Made by a program: the position numbers and the translations under genes
Notes under the pieces: model-generated
Seen by the model: the letters and a program-made list of their open reading frames with translations, nothing else
Told to the model about the DNA's origin: nothing
Databases searched by the model: none
Part shown: positions 52,807 through 58,508 of the stretch, piece by piece
Numbering within the stretch: position 1 is the stretch's first letter
Layout: each line of letters begins with the position of its first letter
Source: Acidobacteriota bacterium
GTDB taxonomy: Bacteria > Acidobacteriota > Polarisedimenticolia > SMYD01
Length of the DNA: 58,508 nt
Direction: 5' to 3'
NCBI GenBank assembly: GCA_046757965.1
Contig: JBHHZI010000004.1
Location: 1-58,508, forward strand

Positions 52807-55800
52807 ATGCATGCCTCCCGGATCAGATCACCCCGTCGCCGCCTGAAGATGTTCCTGACGGTCGCGGTGACGGCCGTGCTGTTGTCGTGGTTCGCTGCCG
52901 GCTGGCACCGGGTCGGGCCGGACCGATATGTGATCCGGATCTCCTTCTGGCGGACCGGAGATGCGGTGCCGCTGTCACCCGGCTGGCACTGGACGGGCCC
53001 CGGCCTGTCGGCGGTCCGCTCCTATCCCCGTGGAGTCGTTGCCCACCGCTTCCGGATCGGCGCCGGTGAGAACAGACTGGCCTCCGGAAGCGGGGAGGCG
53101 ATCGCCCTCGAGGGGACGCTCCGGTACCGGATGGACGAGTCCGGTCTCGCGGCGGCCGTCCGGTCCGGCGCGGCCGGAGGAGGAGGGGAATGGCTGGACG
53201 CCTGTCTGCGTGATGCGGTGCGCCAGCTCCTGGCGGTCGGCACCCCCCCGGCGGCAGGCGCGGACGGCGAGTCCCGGCTCGCCCGGCAGGTGGCCTCCCG
53301 TCTCGCAGCCGGCGGCTTTTCCCTGGTCTCGCTGCACCTGAGCGCCGTGGGATCCCCCGCCGACGTGGCGGTGAGCCGGCACACTGGCAGCGCCAGGGCG
53401 CGGGTTCTCGTTGTCGGCTGGGACGGTGCCGACTGGAACGTGATCGACCCGTTGCTGGCGGCAGGGGACATGCCGAACCTGGCGGGACTGGTGGCGGCGG
53501 GAACCCGGGCTCGCCTGATGACGGTGACCCCCGCGCTCTCGCCGGTGGTGTGGACGTCGGTGGCCACCGGCACGCGCCCGGCGAAGCACGGCATCATCGA
53601 TTTCCTCGCCGTGGATCGGACCACCGGCGAGAGCGTGCCGGTGACGAGCAATCTCCGCCGGGAACCGGCACTGTGGACCCTGCTGACGGCCCGGAACATC
53701 CCCTCGGGGGTCGTGGGATGGTGGGCCACCTGGCCGGCCGAGGCGGTCACCGGCTACATGGTGACCGACCGCCTCGCGTATCAACTCTTCGGCATGGGAA
53801 AGGATCGCCAGACCCCGCCCACCGGATTGACCTGGCCGCCGGACCTGTTCGACGAGATCGCGCCGCTGGTCGAGAAGCCGGCGGATGTTCCCGACGCGGC
53901 GGTGCGTGCCTTCGCCGATCTGCCGGACGACCCGGGAACATTGAGGGATGCGGACCGGCAGCTTCTGGATGAGTTCAGGACGGTTCTCGCGACCACCGAG
54001 ACCTACGACGCCGTTGCCCAGGCACTGGCCCACCGGAGCGATCCGGTGCTGCGGTGTGTGTATTACGAGGCCACCGATACGGCCGCCCATCTCTTCATGC
54101 CCTATCGACCTCCGCGCATGACCGGCGCCGACGAGGTCTCCGGACGGATCTGGGCCCGGACCGTGGACGAGGTGTACCGGGACCTGGACCGACGTCTCGG
54201 GCGGCTCCTGCAGACCGTCGATGAGCAGACCACCGTTGTGGTCCTCAGCGACCATGGCTTCCGGAGTGGTCAGAATCGTCCGGCCGCCGAGTCGCGGATC
54301 GGCTCCGGAACGGCGGCGGACTGGCACCGCAAGTACGGCATCCTGGTCATGGCGGGCCGGAGCATCGAGCACGGGGGTCATCTCGCGGAGGCCTCGGTGG
54401 TCGATGTCGCGCCGACGATCCTGGCCCTCCTCGGCCTCCCGGTGCCGGCGGCCATGGACGGTCAGGTGCTGCGCGGAGCGCTGACACCGATGTTTCTGGC
54501 CCAGCATCCGGTGCAGACCGGCCCGCCGGTCCAGGAGGCCCGGGCGGCGGGCACACCGATTCGTTCCACGGCGGATGACGCCATCGTGCGCCGGCTCACC
54601 TCCCTGGGGTATCTCGGGAGCAGCGACGCCGACGGTCTGGTCCAGGACGCCGTGACCGCGAACAACAACCGCGCCACGGTCCTCCTGGCCGATGGCGATG
54701 CCGCGGGAGCCATCGCGGAGCTGAGGCGCGGGCTGACGCGGGCGCCGGACGCCATCCCGCTGCGGCTGAATCTGGCGCGGGCTCTGCGCCTCGAGGGCAA
54801 CGACGTCGAGGCGGAGGCCGTGCTCACCGGCCTCATCAGGGAGCATCCGGACCTGGCCACCGCCCACAACCTGCTGGGCAACCTGTATCTGGACCAGGGA
54901 GATCTGCACCGGGCGGGCATGCACTTCTCGCGCTGCCTGGAGATCGACCCGAATTTCATCGGCGGAGAGATCAGCCTCGGTCTTCTCGCTGAGCGGCAGG
55001 ACGACCTGGACACGGCCCTCGAGCATTACCGTCGGGCCGCGACCATCGATCCGGACGCCGCCGAGCCGTTCAACAACGTCGGTAATGTGCTGCGGGCCCG
55101 GGCCCTGGCGGCGCGCACCCGGGGGGATGCGGCCGGCGCGAAGCGCTTCTTCGCCGGCGCCGTCGCCTCCTACCGGCAAGCCATCGATGCCGACCCGACG
55201 TTCATCGGCAGCTACAACAACCTGGCCCTCGTCTACCAGGACACCGGACGGCCCGACGAGGCCATGTCGCTCTACCGCGAAGGGCTCGACCGGGCCCCGG
55301 ACAATCCTACCGTCCGGAACAACCTGGGCAGCCTGTACTTCGCCGCCGGCCGGCTGGACGACGCCCGGCGAGAGTTCCAGCGAGCCATCGATCTCGATCC
55401 CGACTACGCCTCGGCCCACAACAATCTCGGTGCGGTGCTCGGGCGGCAGGGCCGGCCGGCGGAGGAGATCGCAGCCTATCGGCGGGCGGTGGCGATCGAG
55501 CCGGACTACGCGGATGCGCATCATAATCTCGGCCTGGCGCTCATTCGCGCCGGCGAGGAGGGGGCCGGCGAGGCCGCTCTGAAGAAGGCCCTCGAGATCA
55601 ATCCCGGCTATCTCTCGGCCTACGTGGCTCTCGGCAACCTGTATCTGGCTCGCGACGACTTTCACCAGGCCGAGGAGATGTTCTCGGCATGCCTGCTGCG
55701 CAACCCGGGCCTGTTCGCCGTTCGCAACCGTCTGGCGGATACGTACGTGGAGGCCGGGCAGACGGAGAAGGGGATCGCCGAGTACCGCCGGTCTCTGCAT

Positions 55801-55854
55801 GACCAGCCAGGTCAGCCGGAGATCGAGGCCCGTCTCGAGGCCCTCGGCGCCTGA
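52807..55854 (+). CDS. Three-module membrane-anchored protein: SPFH/band-7-like N-terminus, type I phosphodiesterase/nucleotide pyrophosphatase (alkaline phosphatase superfamily) core, C-terminal TPR array
   Basis: TM segment MFLTVAVTAVLLSWFAAG. The SPFH-like stretch is HRVGPDRYVIRISFWRTGDAVPLSPGWHWTGPG. NPP motifs are VVGWDGADW, TPALSPVVWTSVATGTRPAKHGI and VLSDHGF. About 10 TPR units follow (NLLGNLYLDQGDLHRAGMHFSRCLEIDP and others). An alternative start is at 52849. Confidence 0.8.
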   Translation: MHASRIRSPRRRLKMFLTVAVTAVLLSWFAAGWHRVGPDRYVIRISFWRTGDAVPLSPGWHWTGPGLSAVRSYPRGVVAHRFRIGAGENRLASGSGEAIALEGTLRYRMDESGLAAAVRSGAAGGGGEWLDACLRDAVRQLLAVGTPPAAGADGESRLARQVASRLAAGGFSLVSLHLSAVGSPADVAVSRHTGSARARVLVVGWDGADWNVIDPLLAAGDMPNLAGLVAAGTRARLMTVTPALSPVVWTSVATGTRPAKHGIIDFLAVDRTTGESVPVTSNLRREPALWTLLTARNIPSGVVGWWATWPAEAVTGYMVTDRLAYQLFGMGKDRQTPPTGLTWPPDLFDEIAPLVEKPADVPDAAVRAFADLPDDPGTLRDADRQLLDEFRTVLATTETYDAVAQALAHRSDPVLRCVYYEATDTAAHLFMPYRPPRMTGADEVSGRIWARTVDEVYRDLDRRLGRLLQTVDEQTTVVVLSDHGFRSGQNRPAAESRIGSGTAADWHRKYGILVMAGRSIEHGGHLAEASVVDVAPTILALLGLPVPAAMDGQVLRGALTPMFLAQHPVQTGPPVQEARAAGTPIRSTADDAIVRRLTSLGYLGSSDADGLVQDAVTANNNRATVLLADGDAAGAIAELRRGLTRAPDAIPLRLNLARALRLEGNDVEAEAVLTGLIREHPDLATAHNLLGNLYLDQGDLHRAGMHFSRCLEIDPNFIGGEISLGLLAERQDDLDTALEHYRRAATIDPDAAEPFNNVGNVLRARALAARTRGDAAGAKRFFAGAVASYRQAIDADPTFIGSYNNLALVYQDTGRPDEAMSLYREGLDRAPDNPTVRNNLGSLYFAAGRLDDARREFQRAIDLDPDYASAHNNLGAVLGRQGRPAEEIAAYRRAVAIEPDYADAHHNLGLALIRAGEEGAGEAALKKALEINPGYLSAYVALGNLYLARDDFHQAEEMFSACLLRNPGLFAVRNRLADTYVEAGQTEKGIAEYRRSLHDQPGQPEIEARLEALGA

Positions 55855-55880
55855 CGGCGCGCGCGGCGGACGGGGGCGCG

Positions 55881-58262
55881 TCAGGTCCGGAGGTGGAGGC
55901 TCAGGTACAGGCCGAGTCCACCGAAGAGCACGTTGGGTGTCCACGCCGCGAGCAGGGGAGAGAGGAACTGCTCCGCGCCGAGGGCGTTGAATACCGCCAG
56001 CACCGTCCAGTAGGCGAAGCTGAGCCCGATGGCGAGCCCCACGCCGAAGAGAGACCCGCGTGGACCGACGCGGAACGAGAACGGGAACCCCAGGAGGACC
56101 ATGAAGAGCGGGATGGTCGGGAACGCCATCTTGTGGGCGAGGGCCACCTGCAGGCGAGTCGTGTCGTAACCACTGCGGGCCAGCCGGGCGATGTAGCTGC
56201 GCTGGTCGTGATACGACATCTCGTCCGGTTCCCGCCGGACCCCCCAGAGCAGGCCGGTCTCCTCGCTCTCGAAGAACGACGGCTGGAGGGGGATGTCGAT
56301 CACCACGTCGTCGACGAGATCCACACGGGCAGAATCGTCGGTGAACGAGCGCTGCCAGCCGGAATCCACCAGCCACTCGTTGCCGTCCCAGCGTGCGGTG
56401 GAGGAGAACGAGCGCTCGCGCAGGGCGAAGGTCTCGGGATCCAGGGTGAACACACTCAGACCGAGGATGCGACCGCGTTCCGGATCCGCATGCTCGTAGT
56501 GATAGAGGTGGCCGTCGCGCGCCATCACCCACCGGTGCCTCGGGTCACGGCTGCGGGGAAGGTGCCCGGTGATCCGGTCCTTGTAGGCCTCGGCCTGCTG
56601 GTTGGTGGCGGGCAGGATCCTGTCCTGGAGGTAGTAGCCGGCGATGGAGAACCCGGCGGTGATCAGCAGGAGTGGAGCGAGCAGGCGATAGAGGCTGACC
56701 CCGGAGGCGGTGACGGCCGTGTGTTCCCGGGCCCGGGCCATGAGTCCGATGCCGACCAGGGTCGCGACCAGGCAACTGATCGGTAGCATGTTGGCGGTCA
56801 TCTGGGGCAGCCGGAAGAAGAGGTACTGCAGCAGAACGGACGTCGCCACGTGGTTGTCGATGACGTCCTGCAGGAGCGCGCGGAACTCCACCAGCAGGTA
56901 GACGATGTAGACGGCCGACATGACCAGCGCGAAGACCATGAGGAAGTTGCGTGCCACGTAGCGATCGATGAGCTGGGGGAACGGATTGGCCGCGCGGACT
57001 GCCGGCGAGGGGACCTGCTCCGCCCGGACGTCGGCGAGCCGCCGGGCGCCGGCGAGTCGACGGGCCCGCAGATTCCGGCCCAGGCCCCGGAGACGGTCGA
57101 GACCGCGCACGGTCCGGGGGCGACCCTGGCCGCGGCGGATGGTGAGGAGCAGGGCCAGAACCGCGAAGACGAGGTTCGGCAGCCAGAGGGCGAGCGGCGG
57201 TGGCAGGTGACCCTTCTCGGAGAGGTCGCGCAGGATCGAATAGCCGACCCAGTAGACGAGAACCACACCCAGGCTGAGGGCGAAGCCGGAAGCCTTGCCG
57301 CCCCGCCGGTTGACGAGCCCGAGCGGCAGGGCGAGCAGGGCGAACACCAGGGCCGCGGCCGGCAGAGCGAATCGTTCGTGCCAGTTGGTCCGCGCAAGGG
57401 CGAGCCGGATGCGGCGTACCGTCGGGTTGGTCATGGCTCTCGCCGCGCGAATCTCCGTGGCGAGCTCGCTCATGGTCATCTCACGGTGATTGCGCTGCAG
57501 CTTGTTGGAGAACGCCTGCATGTAGGCCGGCGCCTCCTTGCTCAGGTGATAGACATCGAAGGAGGTCACCGAGTACGCATCCAGCGGGCCGCTGTCGAGC
57601 GAGCGGGCGTGAGTGGTCCCATCCTCGAGGAGCAGGTGCATGCGACCGGTGCTGTCATCGAAGCTGATCTCGCCGCGGCGCGCCACGGTCAGCCGCTCCA
57701 CGTTCTCCGGTCCGTCGTCCTTCTCGTAGAGGATGACCCGCTGCAGCCCTCCGGTCGTCTCGTCCCGCTGGTCGTAATAGAGCAGGACACCCGGGATCGA
57801 CGTGTGAAACACCCGGGGCCCGAACCGGTCGGTATTGATGTAGCGAGACAGGTAGACATCGCGTTTCATGAGGTGGTGGAGATAGGCGCCCTCCGGAGCC
57901 ACATAGGCGACGAAATAGAACCCGACCAGGGTCGCGACGATCCCCAGGCCGGCCACCGGCCGGGTCAGCGCGCGGAACGGGATGCCGGCAGCCTGCAGGG
58001 CGATGACCTCTGAATCGGCCGACAGACGGCCAATGCCGATCAGCGTCCCGAGCAGGATCGACATCGGCAGGCTGACCACCAGGAGGGCCGGAAGCTGGTA
58101 GTACAGCAGCTTCAGCACCACCAGCAGGCCGAGCTGGTTCTGCAGTGCTTCCCGGGCCACCTCGAAGAGAATGTTGGTGAGCAGCAGGAAGATGTAGAGG
58201 CTCAGGCTGAGGAGTGTCGGCGGCAGGATCTCCCGCAGGACATAGCGATCGAGACGCAGCAT
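55881..58262 (-). CDS. Fused LptF-LptG-type (YjgP/YjgQ) LPS export permease, two tandem modules in one 793-aa polypeptide
   Basis: Module 1 opens MLRLDRYVLREILPPTLLSLSLYIFLLL. Module 2 opens (aa ~431) LIDRYVARNFLMVFALVMSAVYIVYLL. Each module has 3 TM helices, a ~130-aa periplasmic beta-jellyroll-like insert and 3 more TM helices. A basic R-rich linker spans aa ~376-430 (nt 56973-57137). Confidence 0.8.
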   Translation of the reverse strand: MLRLDRYVLREILPPTLLSLSLYIFLLLTNILFEVAREALQNQLGLLVVLKLLYYQLPALLVVSLPMSILLGTLIGIGRLSADSEVIALQAAGIPFRALTRPVAGLGIVATLVGFYFVAYVAPEGAYLHHLMKRDVYLSRYINTDRFGPRVFHTSIPGVLLYYDQRDETTGGLQRVILYEKDDGPENVERLTVARRGEISFDDSTGRMHLLLEDGTTHARSLDSGPLDAYSVTSFDVYHLSKEAPAYMQAFSNKLQRNHREMTMSELATEIRAARAMTNPTVRRIRLALARTNWHERFALPAAALVFALLALPLGLVNRRGGKASGFALSLGVVLVYWVGYSILRDLSEKGHLPPPLALWLPNLVFAVLALLLTIRRGQGRPRTVRGLDRLRGLGRNLRARRLAGARRLADVRAEQVPSPAVRAANPFPQLIDRYVARNFLMVFALVMSAVYIVYLLVEFRALLQDVIDNHVATSVLLQYLFFRLPQMTANMLPISCLVATLVGIGLMARAREHTAVTASGVSLYRLLAPLLLITAGFSIAGYYLQDRILPATNQQAEAYKDRITGHLPRSRDPRHRWVMARDGHLYHYEHADPERGRILGLSVFTLDPETFALRERSFSSTARWDGNEWLVDSGWQRSFTDDSARVDLVDDVVIDIPLQPSFFESEETGLLWGVRREPDEMSYHDQRSYIARLARSGYDTTRLQVALAHKMAFPTIPLFMVLLGFPFSFRVGPRGSLFGVGLAIGLSFAYWTVLAVFNALGAEQFLSPLLAAWTPNVLFGGLGLYLSLHLRT

Positions 58263-58394
58263 GGCCTGATCATCATAGCGCGGGCCGGAAGAGGTGACGA
58301 CGGTCTCGCCGGCCGGTCTGTGGTGGGGTGGCCGCCGGCCGCAAGCGGTGCCGGTGCGCAGGAGAAGGGGTGCCGGAAGAAGGCGCGCCCATGG

Positions 58395-58423
58395 CCGACA
58401 CAGCGTCCGATAACAGATATTAT
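58395..58423 (+). promoter_or_regulatory. Candidate rightward promoter in an AT-rich patch at the window edge
   Basis: CCGACA (58395-58400), 17 nt spacer, TATTAT (58418-58423). The target gene lies outside the window. Confidence 0.2.
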
Positions 58424-58508
58424 GTCAACTTAGCTAGCAAGGACGCGTTCATATCCAACAACGCCGCGCGTGCACATCCGGAGCGCGACCGAACCCGTGG
58501 CAGAATGC

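Noticed and set aside
52975-56532. 1185-aa minus-strand ORF, the longest in the window
   Set aside because: It is antisense to the SPFH/NPP/TPR gene and runs on into lptFG in another frame. It is R/G/P/H-rich with no motif, whereas the plus-strand frame carries clear NPP and TPR motifs. This is the typical stop-codon-poor antisense frame of high-GC DNA.
58398-58440. AT-rich patches (here and at 52711) as island or mobile-element boundaries
   Set aside because: No integrase, transposase, tRNA or flanking direct or inverted repeats are visible. Both patches sit where promoters are expected.

Overview
Visibly high-GC chromosomal segment from a diderm, LPS-making bacterium (lptE and a fused lptF/lptG are present). 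It carries about 50 tightly packed genes, many joined by 1-4 nt start/stop overlaps (ATGA/GTGA). By eye I found no rRNA, tRNA, CRISPR array, transposase, integrase or phage genes.

Gene order:
1. An exported-protein patch: a beta-helix/TSP3-repeat protein, an orphan zf-HC2 anti-sigma-like protein, then two uncharacterised secreted proteins behind a near-consensus promoter and a ~230-nt structured leader.
2. A sulfatase-fold lipoprotein and rnc.
3. On the minus strand, MCP-cheW-cheA running straight into rsmA-uppP-ftsK.
4. A complete moxR-DUF58-DUF4381-batABCDE operon ending in hemW.
5. A nine-gene same-strand array: acyl-CoA dehydrogenase, meaB, mce, a small ORF, a DUF255 protein, mtnP, pfkB, ribH, nusB.
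6. A second, MCP-less chemosensory operon with non-canonical members: a Zn-ribbon pseudo-receiver, a 735-aa HEAT-repeat protein, GAF proteins and two CheY.
7. lptE-holA-DUF3467-dnaE, metK, an SPFH/NPP/TPR protein and the fused lptFG.

Best candidates for something undescribed:
- The promoter/leader/uORF plus two-gene secreted module at 3774-6436.
- The atypical che operon at 35484-45848.

All functional calls are motif-level readings of the supplied translations. No database search or structure calculation was run. The many long antisense ORFs are treated as high-GC artefacts.
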